The notes beneath the pieces are model-generated. The model made no database searches. It was not told the origin of the DNA and was given only the letters and a program-made list of their open reading frames with translations. Source: Chiloscyllium plagiosum (lineage: Eukaryota). Taken from it: a stretch of 56,145 nucleotides of DNA. Shown here piece by piece: positions 12,480-25,032 of this stretch (its first letter is position 1; each line of letters begins with the position of its first letter). The stretch spans positions 74,364,520 through 74,420,664 of the forward strand of contig NC_057719.1 in the NCBI RefSeq assembly GCF_004010195.1, read 5' to 3'. The translations under genes and the position numbers were made by a program.

Positions 12480-13395
12480 CTATCTCAATCCCAATGCTGC
12501 TCCTACGGTGATGTTATATTTTCAAACCTTTATAGTGCCAGCATAGTACCTGTCAAACTCCAGGAACCTACTTAGGTTTTTGCTAGTCCTAAAACTAAGT
12601 AGATTCCATTAGCTCTCATCAGAACTCATTAATGTCAAGTACCAAACCCAAATGGTAGAACTAGCATGACAATTTGCTGTGTGTTCCAATTCATAAAATG
12701 TAAGAGATAAAAATTAATTGGCTTAATGTGTAGGCTACTGCTACTTAATGCTGTTGTAACATTCAATCTTCAAAGTGCCAGCAAAGACCACCAAATGCTG
12801 TTTAATATAAACAGAACTTGCCTGACTCATTACCATAAATCAGTGGACCTGATGCTATTCCATACATGACACGAGCACTCCTCTGTTATTTAGAAATGGT
12901 GAATTATCTGATTCGTCATGTGTAAGGCCATGGGAAACCAGACTTTTCAGAAACATTCTCATTAAAAGTTAAATTTTTTATCTTTATTCCTTGAATTTTA
13001 TTCATTTTACGTTTTTGTTTCATAAGGCAAAGAACTGTTTCATTTGAAAGAAATCTGTAAATAATGCTGCATTTGAGAATGCCCATGCATGTTTGTAAAA
13101 CCATGGCCTGTAAATCACTATTGAATAGGATCTTGGTTGTAGTTCTTCATTACTCCGACAATTGTGGAGAGCATAACTGGGTTTGAAGTGCTTGTTCTTT
13201 GTAATTTGGTCTCTTTCTATGTGCTGCATCATTTTAACAGACAATCTGCGTAGCTCTTTGTTTACTTCTACCAGGATTTTCCCACATTTCTTTTCCTATG
13301 ATATTGATGGTTTCACAAGTAAGAACCAGGCAGGTACTTTGATATTGAACCTGCCAGTTCTCCTTCATAAAGGGCTGCAAAAAAGTGTGCAATTG

Positions 13396-13396
<1 letters not shown>

Positions 13397-13440
<44 letters not shown>
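13397..13440. repeat. (TG)22 microsatellite
   Basis: Read directly. Confidence 0.97.
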
Positions 13441-13442
<2 letters not shown>

Positions 13443-15271
13443 TCCGTCCACCGTGCTGCTACAGAGACGTGATGTTGACACAGCTGCTGAATATTGTTAA
13501 CCTGTACTGTCAGGCTTCTGCACTATGCAGTGCAATTCCATGGAAAAACATGGACAGCCAAGTTCATACAGTTACATGAAAAATAAATTAAAATATTGTA
13601 AGAGATGTCTCACAGTAAATTTAATTACTGAGGCTGTCTTATTACAGGATCAGATTTCAGCTTGAATTGCTCAACCACTGGTGGACAACCCTTCTACCAA
13701 AAATTACTTAAATTATATCGTCATAATTTGGTAATGGCTTAGCGCCGTCAGTTATTACATCATTACAGCAAGATAATATCACACAAAGCAATCCATTGTG
13801 ATGTCCACTGTTTTATGGAATGCTTCATCTTATAATTTGAGGTGCCTGCATAAATGAGGCAGAAAAAGCATCAAATGTTTCAACCACTGTTCTTGGTGCA
13901 ATTACTTACTTTAACCACCTGCTCCATTGACCACTTTTTTTGGACACATGTTAAATTTAAAGCAAAGATTGATTTTAAAAAGGTCAGCTGGATTTGTTTG
14001 TTATACCAGTGTTCTGATTTTTAATCTTTTGAAGTGTCCATAGTGTGCATCCCACTGTTTTGGAAAACAGGTTTTGTAACTGGAATGTAATCTTGAAACA
14101 GACAATTAAGAGTTAAATTCATTCAAGCCATACGTGAACTATGAGAGAAACTACCATGTTTTGATTGATGGCAGATTAATTCACGGGAAGCGGCCCTGTA
14201 GACTTCTGTCTCCTCGTTGTCAACCCAGTACACAATCTATCACTCCTTATACTTTTTTGAAATTGAAATCAACTAAACAAAATGAATAAACTAAACTCAA
14301 AGTTACAGCACCCGAAAGGACTGCAACAAAAAAAAAGCCCTACCCAAAGAAAGCTTACAAAATTAAAATTAAAATTGTGGTTTTGCCAGCTGATGAAGGC
14401 CTCCAGCCCCTGCATTGCCCAGAGGCCTTATAATGCTTCAAGACAAACCAATGGACACAGTGCCCCTCTCCCAGCCTCTTTACACTATTCTGAAATTGAC
14501 AATGAAACTAACGTAACTCTTGTGAACAAATTAACCTGAATTAACAAGCCCGGCAAAGAAGCATTACAATAAAAGACAAAGCCTCAACTGAAAGTTGAAA
14601 AGTTAAACTTAAGATTTGGTTTTGCAGAGCAAGTGCCCACCAGTCAGGAAGGCTTTGAGCATAGCAGTACCATCCCTCTTCATACCATTTTTAAATAACT
14701 AACTAAATTAGTGAATCAATAAAACAAGACAAACAGGTGGCTTCCCATAAGGAGAACTCTAATTCAGATCAAACTATACATCAAACTTGTAAATTAAAAT
14801 TAAAATTTGCATTTGAGACTGGTTAAGAAAGGTCAGAAGCATACCAGTGCTCCCCCATCCCTCTTTATGAATGTCTCTAGATATGTTCTAATGAACCTGT
14901 TCAGCGATGTTATTGCACACTGTTGAAGCAGATCAAATTTGAATCGTTTTTTTGGCCTCGAGGGAGGGACACTATCACTGCATCACAAAAGCATTATAAA
15001 TCCTTGAAAACAATTTCCAGCACCCATGGCTTTAATAAGATAATGCATCAATCATTGACATTTCATGTGTCCATATAAGTGATAAATAATATCTTTTCAA
15101 TAAAGCCTAACTACATCTCCTTTAGGTGGGCTGTGAATCATGCAATGGAATTCTGCTACAACTTTTAAACACATTTTAACATCATATTTATCTGAGTAGA
15201 AACAGTTTTGACAATGGGGAGTTTGGGTATGTGTTCCATGCACAAATTTCCACTCAGTCTTATTTCCTTTC

Positions 15272-15465
15272 ATGACGTGGAGGTGCCTGTGTTGGACTGG
15301 GGTGGACAAACTTAAAAGTCATACAACACCAGATTATTTGAAAGTACTAGCTTTCGGAATGCTGCTCCTTCATCAGGTAGCTGTGGAGCAGGGCCATAAG
15401 ACACAGAATTTATAGCAAAAGATCACAGTGTCATGCATGCAACTGATAGGATATATTGAACAACT
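15272..15465 (-). mobile_element. PLE pLTR fragment containing a hammerhead core
   Basis: Same family as 2071-2359; see the hammerhead at 15345-15379. Confidence 0.7.
15345..15379 (-). ncRNA. Minimal type I hammerhead ribozyme motif (PLE-associated)
   Basis: Minus strand UAC-CUGAUGA-A-GGAG-cagca-UUCC-GAAA-G-CUA-GUA: intact core, helix II, palindromic AGCU helix III, 3 bp helix I, putative CUA cleavage site. Activity not shown. Confidence 0.55.
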
Positions 15466-16829
15466 TTCCTTTCACACACTCCATAATTTGACACCTGTGT
15501 CCCGTCAATTACTTCAAACCCAGAGTCTTAATTTCTGAAAGGAAACCACCAGACTTAATTGATAGTATTAGATACTTGCTTCCATTGGAAAAACAAGTAA
15601 CATCTTCAGCTCATAGCTCACAATATATTGCATTTAGTGATTGCTTTACCTTTCATTAGGTTAGGGCAGCCTTTATTAATGGCCATCCTCATTATCTTCT
15701 TCCCAATTTTTTTATATTTCTGTGTCAGATTGATGACCATCCATACATTGGTTATTGGAGCTCTCTGCCTAAAGAGATTTTTTTGAACTGTCCGTCCTTT
15801 TGTGTCACAAGAAATGCACTTTATGTTGGCTGATTTACAGATTACTACTTAAATCGTCTGGCATCCCTGCCTTTAGAGTGATAGGTGCAAAGTTTGCATA
15901 GGTAGCGAAAGCACTTCTGCTTTTACTTTGTCAGTTTGGCCATCTTAGCTAATAGTGGACGTAATCTGTATCTATATATCTTAGGGCGTCTCTGTTTTTC
16001 CAAGGAGTTGAGAAAGCTAGAGTAAAAGTAAAATACTGCGGATGCTGATAATCTGAAAGAAATCAAAATGCTGGAGAATGTCAGCAGGTCTGGCAGGGTC
16101 CATGGAGAAAGAAACATCATTAACTTGGTCATATTTCCTGTTTTTAGTTGAGAAAAGTAAAACTGGTGACAATTTCAAATTTTACCGTCACCCCCAAAGA
16201 TTTGTATTCCATGTTGAGAGTATTATTAGAGATTTGAAACATTTCCATTTTATTGGTAGATAACTACAGGAAGAAATCAGTCTTTAATTTGCTATGTTTA
16301 TTTTAATCAATTTTACATAATAAATGTAGTTTATAATAGAGTCCAACCTGAGATTTATAATTGGTCTGAATGATATTTGCGGTTCAGAGCCTTTTATTGT
16401 GGGTCACAAAATGGGTACCCAAGAAGAATCAAAATTGTAACCACAAAATTCAGGAGCAAAAATATATTATTATATATGTCATTTTTGTCTTTGGTTGTTA
16501 TTATAGGCATGCAAATTTGCATTTATTTACAGACCAGTATTGATGCATTTGGGACATTTGGCCAAATTGCATTTGCAATTGCAGTCACAGTTTATCTTTC
16601 TACTAAACGGTTTTGCATAAACAACATTTTTCAGTAAAATTGTTTGATATAATAAGAATTAATTTTTAGCATAAAAAGCATTTAAAACATTGTCGTACCT
16701 GGTGCAGTTCTATTAATGCAGCTGAAAATTTAATTATCACAAAAGTATACAGCTTAATACAGACCTAGTCTTGCATCCCGGAGAGGATTGAGTAGATGAC
16801 TTTTTTTAGTTGAATTGGTGCACGCTAAT

Positions 16830-19057
16830 CCATTTTTAAGTACGGTCAAGAAGGAGAGTCACATCTGGAGTGAGTCACAGCTAAAGTGTGTATATAGTTT
16901 GGGGAATTTGGAGGCAGTGGGAATTCAGTGCAGAGGGGAAGAGATTATTTTTGCTTGCTTTCTTTAGTTCATTGTTTGTAAGGTCTTTTTACAGGAGACT
17001 TTGAACCCCAAGATCAGGGGGAAAGAGTGACATTACAGGAAAACCCAAAGTTCATTAGTTGGTAGTAGCTATTAATTTAACTATCTGTTACATTCGCTTT
17101 CAGATTGAAGGTACATAGGGCAAATACTTACAAACTGAAAGACCAGTAAGATTTATAAAATCAAATTAAGAACTAAATAAATTAAGTAAAGATGCAGGCA
17201 ATGTGTTGTACCTGCATGTTGTGGCAGCTGGTGGATCCCATTGTGTTCATAGTGACCACATCTATAGCAAACATTGGTTGCCTCGAGGTACTCTGGCTCA
17301 GTTGATGAGCTGGAGTCTGACCTCCGAACACTGCAACACATCAGGGAGGGGGAGAGGCAGTCACACCCCTTAAATTAACTACCTCGAATTCAGTCGGTGA
17401 TCAGGGATAGGAGTGTGTGACTCTGAGGCATGTAGAGGGATCCAGGAGGTAGTTCTGAAGGAAAGTCAGCCATTGAACTTGTCTAACAGGTGTGAATTCT
17501 TGCTCCCTTTGTGGATGAGAGCAGAGACTATAGGGAAGATGAGCAAACTGACCATAGCACCATGATACAGGGAGCAGAAAAGAAATACAGTTGTAATTTG
17601 AGATAGTATAGTCAGGAGAATACACACATTTATGCGGCCAGGATTGAGAGTCCCAAAGGCTGTGTTGCATGCCCGGGTCCAGGATATTTCATCTAGGCTG
17701 CAGAGGGACTTGGAATCGGAGGGGAATGTTCCAGTTCTCATGGTTCATGTAAGTACCAGTGATACAGGTAGAAAGAGGAAAATGGGTCTGCTGAAGGAAT
17801 ATCAGCAGCTAGGGGTTGAATTAGAAAAGCAGAGCCAGGAAGGAGGTAATTTCTGCATTGCAATCTGAGCCAAGAGCTAATTGACACAGAGTAAACTGGA
17901 TTAAAGAGATTGGTGTCAGAGGATCTGGTTCGAATTCATAGGACAATGGCACCAGTACTGGGGAAGGAGGGAGCTGTTCTGATGGGACAGGTTCCACCTG
18001 AATCGAGGTAGTACCAGAGACCTGGCGAATGGCATAACTGGGGCTGTAGATAGGGCTTTAAATTAAATAGTGGGTTCAGTTACATGGAAAATTATGGAGC
18101 AAGTTAAAGTGGGAGAGGGCTCAGCAAAGGTTATTAGTTTCAAGAGCAAATAATAGGATAGGGAGAATGGAAAGGGTCAGGAATCTAACTTGGGCACAGC
18201 AGGTAAGAGGACATCTATAAGGAGGGTGGCAGTGAATGCAAGAGGTTGCTGTATTTAAATGCACGCAGTATACAAAACCAGGCAAATGAGATTGTGGTAC
18301 AGATTGAAATTGGCGGATATGATGATGTGGATATCACAGATGTGGCTTTGAAGCGATCAGGATTGGGAACTAAATATCCAAGTATATGTGTCCTATTGAA
18401 AGGATATCTGGATCAGTGGTGCTGAAAGAGCACAGCAATTCAGGCAGCATCTGAGGACAGGCAAAATCGACGTTTCGGGCAAAAGCCCTTTATCAGGAAT
18501 AAATGATGAAGGGCTTTTGCCCGAAACGTCGATTTTGCCTGTCCTCGGATGCTGCCTGAATTGCTGTGCTCTTCCAGCACCACTGATCCAGAATCTGGTT
18601 TCCAGCATCTGCAGTCATTGTTTTTACCCTATTGAAAGGATAGGCAAGTGAGCAGAGGGGGTGGGGTTGCTTTGTCAGCAAGAAATTAAGTTAAATCAGT
18701 AGCAAGATGTGATATAGTGTAGGAAGGCATAGAATCTGTGTGGGTAGATCTGAAGAACTGCAAAGGGAAAAAGATTCTGGTAGGAGTTATATACAGGCCT
18801 CCCAGCAGTATTCACGCGGTGGGACAGAAAATAAATCAGGAGATAGAAAATATGTTAGAAAGGTACTGTTGCAGTTGTCATGCAAGACTTAAATGTGCAG
18901 GTGGACTGGGAAAATCACGTTGGTAGCAGATCCCAAGAAAAGTAATTCATGGAATGTATGAAGTTTTTTTTGAAGCAGCTTGTGGTAGAGCCCACCAAGG
19001 AACACGCAATTCTGGATTTGGTGATGTCATGAGCAGATTTGATTAGGGAGCTCAAGG
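16830..19057 (+). mobile_element. CR1 LINE 5' part: 5' UTR, ORF1 (SGNH/GDSL esterase) and ORF2 endonuclease remnants
   Basis: DSIVR and VLMVHVSTSD (GDSIVR / VHVGTND-like) in ORF1; LYLNARSI, ILVGVIYRPP and AILDLVM in ORF2. Resumes at 19592-19635, 20688-20754 and 25439-25780 after later insertions. Confidence 0.85.
18407..18627. mobile_element. Young PLE fold-back insertion within the CR1
   Basis: 15 bp TSD CCTATTGAAAGGATA (18392-18406, 18628-18642); 89 bp inverted arms (18407-18495, 18504-18592); 35 nt tail. Confidence 0.88.
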
Positions 19058-19591
19058 TGTCGTCCGCTTTCCTCTCTCAGATGAAGCAAAGTGCTCTAAG
19101 ACACAGTGGTTTTACCTCCTTCACCTTTCTCATGGGCCCTGGAGGGAGAGAGAACAATCACCCATATACACAGAGACATGAGTTCTCGGTTTTGTCTGGA
19201 ATAGCCATTTCTTAATGAGTTATATAGTCATTTTATGGGTAGGAGCATCCAGATAAAGCAACATACATATTGATTGGGTGACCGTTACAATCAGCAAGTA
19301 CCAATAGTAAAGATTAAGCCATCTGCTGTTACACAATGAATGTTCTTAACCTTAACTGGCTTCACATAATGAATACTTTTCACCTTGTTCATCGACTTTA
19401 CGATTGAATGCTTCAAACATTGTTAAATGGCTCTACGTAATGAATGCTTTTTATGAAACCTTGTTAACCCATTACCGTTGCCTCCAACACCCCATTGTTA
19501 ATTGCAAGTTCTTATCTGATCGGAGTCATGCTCAGCTGAACCTCTTGTTTAACAAAACTTAAAACTTAACGCTTTCCCACACACATTCTCA
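19058..19591 (-). mobile_element. Solo LTR, 534 bp
   Basis: TG...CA termini; 4 bp TSD AAGG (19054-19057, 19592-19595); removing it restores the CR1; minus-strand CCAAT (~19273-19277) and TATATAA (~19220-19226). Confidence 0.85.
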
Positions 19592-19644
19592 AAGGTAAAG
19601 GAACCCTAGGAGGCCATGACTATAATATAGAATATATAATATAA

Positions 19645-20688
19645 TATAAAGTACAGACCCTTTGGTCGAACTCGTCCATGCTGACCAGATATCCTAACCC
19701 AATCTGACCCATTTGCCAGCACTTGGCCCATATCCGTGGGCGGCATGGTGGCACAGTGGTTAGCACTGCTGCCTCACAGCGCCAGAGACCCAGGTTCAAT
19801 TCCCGCCTCAGGTGACACTCTGTGTCACATTCTTTGCACATTCTCCCTGTGTCTGCGTGGGTTTCCTCCGGGTGCTCCGGTTTCCTCCCACAACCCAAAA
19901 ATGTGCAGGTTAGGTGAATTGGCCATGCTAAATTGCCTGTAGTGTTAGGTGAAGGGGTAAATATAGGGGAATGGGTCTGGGTGGGTTGCGCTTCAGAGGG
20001 TCGGTGTGGACTTGTTGGACCGAAGGGCCTGTTTCTACACTAAGTAATCTAAGAATCCCTTCCTATTCATAAACCCATCCAGATGCCTTTAAAATGCTGA
20101 AATTGTACCTTCACCACTTCCTCTGGCAGCTCATTCCTTACACTCACCACCCTCTGCGTGAAAAAGTTGCCCCTTAGGTCCCTTTTAAATCTTTCCCCTC
20201 TCACCTTAAACCTGTGCCCTCTAGTTCTGGACTCCCCCACCCCAGGGAAAAAAAACTTGTCTATTCATCCTATCCATGCCCCTCGTGATTTTACAAACTT
20301 CTATATGGTCAGCCTCCGACGCTCCAGGGAAAACAGCCCCAGCCTATTCAACCTCTTCCTTGTAGCTCAAATCCTCCAACCCTGGCAACATCCTTGTAGA
20401 TCTTTTGTTAACCCTTTGAAGTTTCACAATATCCTTTCTTCCTATAGAAAGGAGACTAGAATTGCACGCAGTATTCAAAAGTGGCCGAACCAACGTCCTG
20501 TACAGATGCAACGTGACCTCCCAACTCCTGTACTCAATGCTCTGACCAATTAAGGAAAGCATACTGAACACCTTCACTATCCTATCTATCTGCGACTCTA
20601 CTTTTAAGGAGCTATAAATCCGCACTCCAAGGTGTCTCTGTTCAGTAACACTACCCAGGACCTTACCATTAAGTGTATAAGTCCTGCT
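19645..20688 (-). mobile_element. Antisense 5'-truncated CR1 nested in the older CR1
   Basis: ORF 20344-20625 contains LYRTLVRPLL and KDIVKLQRV; itself interrupted by an HE1 SINE. Confidence 0.88.
19736..20052 (+). mobile_element. HE1-like V-SINE
   Basis: Nearly identical to 7985-8303. Confidence 0.9.
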
Positions 20689-21004
20689 ATGATAGAACTC
20701 ACCGTGCAGTTCGAGAGGGAGAAGCTAGAATCAGATGTAGCAATATTAGAATTGAGCTGAAAATGTGTTGCTGGAAAAGCACAGCAGGTCAGGCAGCATC
20801 CAAGGAGCAGGAGAATTGATGTTTCGGGCATGAGCCCTTCTTCAGGAATGAGGAAAGTGTGTCCAGCAGGCTAAGATAAAAGGCAGGGAGGAGGGACTTG
20901 GGGGAGGGACGTTGGAAATGTGATAGGTGGAAGGAGGTCAAGGTGAGGGTGATAGGCCGGAGTGGGGGGGGGGGCGGAGAGGTCAGGAAGAAGATTGCAG
21001 GTCC

Positions 21005-21292
21005 CTTGTGGGAGAGTCTAGGACCAGAACGCATCATCTCAGAATAAGGGATTGCCCATCTGGCACAGAGATCAGGAAGATTTTTTTCTCTCAGAGTGTT
21101 GTGAATCTGAAGAATTATTTATCACAGTGGACTGTAGTGGCTGGGTCATTAAGGATATTGAAGATGGAGATATATAGATTTTTAATCAAGAGTCATGGGG
21201 ATAAGACAGGAAAGTGGACTTGAGGGTTATTAAATCTGCCATGATCTCATTGTATGGCAAAGCAGACTTCTGCTCCTGAGTTTTATGGTCTT
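21005..21292 (+). mobile_element. CR1 3' end fragment inside the composite block
   Basis: ccttgtgggagagtctaggaccag...FFSQSVVNL; resembles 7410-7690. Confidence 0.75.
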
Positions 21293-22109
21293 AAATTTCA
21301 GAAGGGAATTTGATTTGAAAGGGAAAAATCAGCAGGACTATTCGGAAAGTACGACATAGATATAATGGGTGAATGGCCTCATACTGTACAGTAAGATTCT
21401 ATGGTTATTCCATTGAATATTCGACTATCCATATTCAACTAACATCACCTGAAAATAAAATAATTTGTAATTGTATCATTATTGTCTATAGAATATTGTT
21501 AGTGCTAGAAGCTTGATGTGTTTGCCCATTGCTGCATTCCAAAAATTTATGTATTCTCGAGAGTTTTCAGATGTTTTCACATAAGGTGCCATTGAAATAG
21601 TATTTTTTTACTTTATTGAAGTGTTATCTCCATTTTAAAATTTTCAATTTCCCAATTTCTATAAATTACTCCAGCCCACAACTCTCTTGGAATTCTGTGT
21701 CCCTCCAATTCTGGCCTTTATGCTTTTCACATAGCTATAAAAACTTCTGCAGCCACCATGTCCACTCCAAACACGATTTTCTCTCTGTGTGTTTAAATGT
21801 ACAGGTATCCAAAACTCTCTGGACTTCAATCCAAGTGACCATTTTACATGTGTCCATCTCATGCAGTGACACTTGGGAATTCCAATTTTGCCTAGAATAT
21901 ACCAGTTCAGACATACTCATTTACCTACAGAGATTCAGGGCCAGGATCCCTTGCTAATTTTCCCTTCCCTCGCCCTAGGGCACTACAAAATGCTAATTAC
22001 AACAATCAAGTAAAATTAATGACCAAACCAGTGATCCAATCTGAATATCTTTAACACTGTAAATAATAAATCTCTTGAGTGTTAATTTTAAATATATATA
22101 TAAATTAGC

Positions 22110-22310
22110 AAGGGGTTGGTTGCTTCACTTGTCCAGCATGTGATGCAGAATAATGTCAACAGTGTGGATTCAGTACATAATCAAGCTGTTTCAAGGAAGC
22201 CTCCCTCGTCATCTTATTCCACCCCTGTGCAATGGTTCCCTCAAGCTACATAAAACCAATTGTCTCTCTCTCTAGTGGAGAGAGATGCCAATGGTCCTTT
22301 ATGGATGAAG
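22110..22310 (+). mobile_element. Degenerate SINE-like element (same family as 54595-54790)
   Basis: Shared tgcaga...atg.ca..agtgtg..ttca and tctcta.tg.agag motifs. Confidence 0.45.
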
Positions 22311-23458
22311 GCTAATGAAATAAATAATAATTTCAAGTTTGTTTGGACATTTTTACTTTAATGTCTGGTGAACAATCCTCTCCTTTCCCCCACAATCAGT
22401 TACTGCATTGCTAAATCACAATAAATTTAACTGCGAGAGTCAGGCAATCTCTGGGAGGCCCTTAGCTATCAGAGGTGCTGTGCTTGTAGCAGGCTGCTGC
22501 TATCACCACATGACTTTTCACAGTACTTACTAGCGGCTTAAAGGATGCAAATCGTGGCCTGTTTTGTGATTTAAATGTCTGTTTGTTTTTCTTCAGCAGA
22601 GTTTAGTGCAATTATTAACACAAACAGAACTTCCTCTGGTTTCACCACAGAAACATGCTTTTGCCAGCTTATTCCTCCAATCCTCTTTCTCTCCTGAAGT
22701 CAATAAATCTTACTTGGAAATAGTCCTGGAGCTTTGAAGTTCTCCAGACAGGATAATTTCAGGTGTTAAAGTAGTCAGAGGACACGTGACAGCAACAATG
22801 TGTGATCACATAGCAACTTTAGAGAAAAATGCCCCAAGGTATTTCAGATTATCCAAAAAAATTTGAAACCGAGCCACATGAAAATCTATTAGGACAGGTG
22901 ACCAAACTCTTGGCCAAAAAGCAGGTTCAGGAATCTCTTAAAGGAGGAGAGAATGATATAAACCTGCAAAGGTTTAGGAAGCAGATTTCATAACTTACCA
23001 TTTTGACCATTATGGTTAAGCAATTGAATTTGGGACTGACTGGCACTCTAAAATTAATCCACATTTTTCACCTTCAAAGGGGATTTTGGAACCTATGACC
23101 TAGACCACTGTGGTATAGCAACCAAAACAACTAAAGAACTGCAGATGATGGAAATCAAAAAGAAAAACAGAAATTGCTGGAAAAAACTCAGCAGGTTTGG
23201 TAGCAGCTGTGGAGAGAAAGCATTGTACAATCATATATGGTTTGGCCGTGGAAGTTTGGGATGCTAGTAGATACAAGAAACTAGAACCGGTGCAACTTCA
23301 AGTCCTCATGTGCAGTTGAACAATGTAGTAAAGCATTAATGTGTGTGGATGCACAATGGTGTCACATGCAAACCTCAACTCTGATCCTCTGTGCCTCTGC
23401 AAGGAAGAAGCCAGAGGCTTATCAGCACAAGAGACTATGATAAGGAAAGTCACACAAT

Positions 23459-23940
23459 GGTGCTCACCTTCCACTCTACCAACCTTCGCATAAACCAAAT
23501 CATCCGCCGACATTTCCGCCACCTCCAAACAGACCCCACCACCAGGGATATATTTCCCTCCCCACCCCTCTCCGCCTTCCGCAAAGACCATTCCCTCCGT
23601 GACTACCTGGTCAGGTCCACGCCCCCCTACGACCCACCCTCCCATCCTGGCACTTTCCCCTGCCACCGCAGGAACTGTAAAACCTGTGCCCACACTCCTC
23701 CCTCACCTCTATCCAAGGCCCTAAAGGAGCCTTCCACATCTATCAAAGTTTTACCTGCACATCCACTAATATCATTTATTGTATCCGTTGCTCCCGATGC
23801 GGTCTCCTCTACACTGGGGAGACTGGGCGCCTCCTAGCAGAGCGCTTTAGGGAACATCTCTGAGACACCCGCACCATCCTAGTTTCAAACTTCCAGCTCG
23901 CACTGTCCACTTGACCTGTCCGGACTTGTCCGACCTGCCT
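23459..23940 (+). pseudogene. PLE ORF fragment (linker plus GIY-YIG endonuclease), defective
   Basis: LTFHSTNLRINQIIRRHFRHLQTDP...PCHRRNCKTC...IIYCIRCSRCGLLYTGETGRLLAERFREHL*, with a frameshift and a stop. Confidence 0.85.
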
Positions 23941-24452
23941 AGCAGTGCAGGGTTGTGGGACTATGAGGTTGGAGGCGGTGGATGGGAGATCCCCTGAGGT
24001 GATGAGGTTATGGATGGTCTGGGAGATGATGGTTTGGTGGTGGGAGGTGGGGTCATGGTCAAGGGGGCAGTAGGAGGAGGTGTCCGCGAGCTGGCGTTTA
24101 GCCTCAACGGTGTAAAGGTCGGTGCGCCAAACTACTACCACGCCTCCCTTGTCTGCCGGTTTGATAGTGAGGTTTGGTTGGAACGGAGGGAGTGGAGGGC
24201 TGCACGTTCCAAGGGTGAGAGGTTGCAGTGGTTGAGAGGGGTGGAGCGGTTTTAGCGGTTAATGTCGCGGCGGCAGTTGGCTATGAAGAGATCGAGGGCA
24301 GGTAAGAGGCCAGCACGGGGTGTCCAGGTGGATGGAGTGTGTTGGAGGCGGGAGAAGGAGTCGTCAGAGAGTGGGCGAGAATCCTGGTTGAAGAAGTAGG
24401 CGCGGAGGTGAAGGCGGCGGTAGAATTGTTCGATGTCACGCCGCGTGTTGAA
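23941..24452 (-). pseudogene. PLE ORF fragment (N-terminal / pre-RT region), inverted
   Basis: RRDIEQFYRRLHLRAYFF...IKPADKGG.VVVW...HDPT...IVPQPCTAR, typical of PLE polyproteins. Confidence 0.85.
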
Positions 24453-25032
24453 CCCATTAGACCGCAATTTACCCCCAGACGTGATCGACAATGCCCTCCA
24501 CCGCATCTCCTCCACTTCCCGCTCCTCCGCCCTCGAACCCTGCCCCTCCAATCGCCACCAGGACAGAACCCCACTGGTCCTCACCTACCACCCCACCAAC
24601 CTCCAAATACATCGTATCATCCGTCGTCATTTCCGCCACCTCCAAACGGACCCCTCCACCAAGGATATATTTCCCTCCCCTCCCCTATCAGCGTTCCGAA
24701 AAGACCACTCCCTCCGTGACTCCCTCGTCAGGTCCACACCCCCCACCAACCGAACCTCCACTCCCAGCATCTTCCCCAGCAACCGCAAGAAATGCAAAAT
24801 TTGCGCCCACTCCCTCCCCCCTTACTTCCCTCCAAGGCCCCAAGGGATCCTTTCATATCCGCCACAAATTCACCTGCACCTCCACACACATCATTTATTG
24901 CATCCGCTGCACCCGATGTGGCCTCCTCTATATTGGGGAGACAGGCCGCCTACTTGCGGAACGTTTCAGAGAACACCTCTGGGACACCCAGGCCAACCAA
25001 CCCAACCACCCCGTGGCCCAACACTTCAACTC
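24453..25032 (+). pseudogene. PLE ORF fragment, GIY-YIG endonuclease domain
   Basis: RTPLVLTYHP...FTCTSTHIIYCIRCTRCGLLYIGETGRLLAERFREHL...PVAQHFN, one frameshift; runs into the N gap. Confidence 0.9.

Noticed and set aside
14388..14432. CTGATGA followed by the hairpin aggcctc...gaggcct
   Set aside because: No GAAA after the stem, so not a hammerhead.
19335..19470. Regularly spaced ~35 bp repeats resembling a CRISPR array
   Set aside because: Degenerate tandem repeats without unique spacers, inside a eukaryotic LTR.
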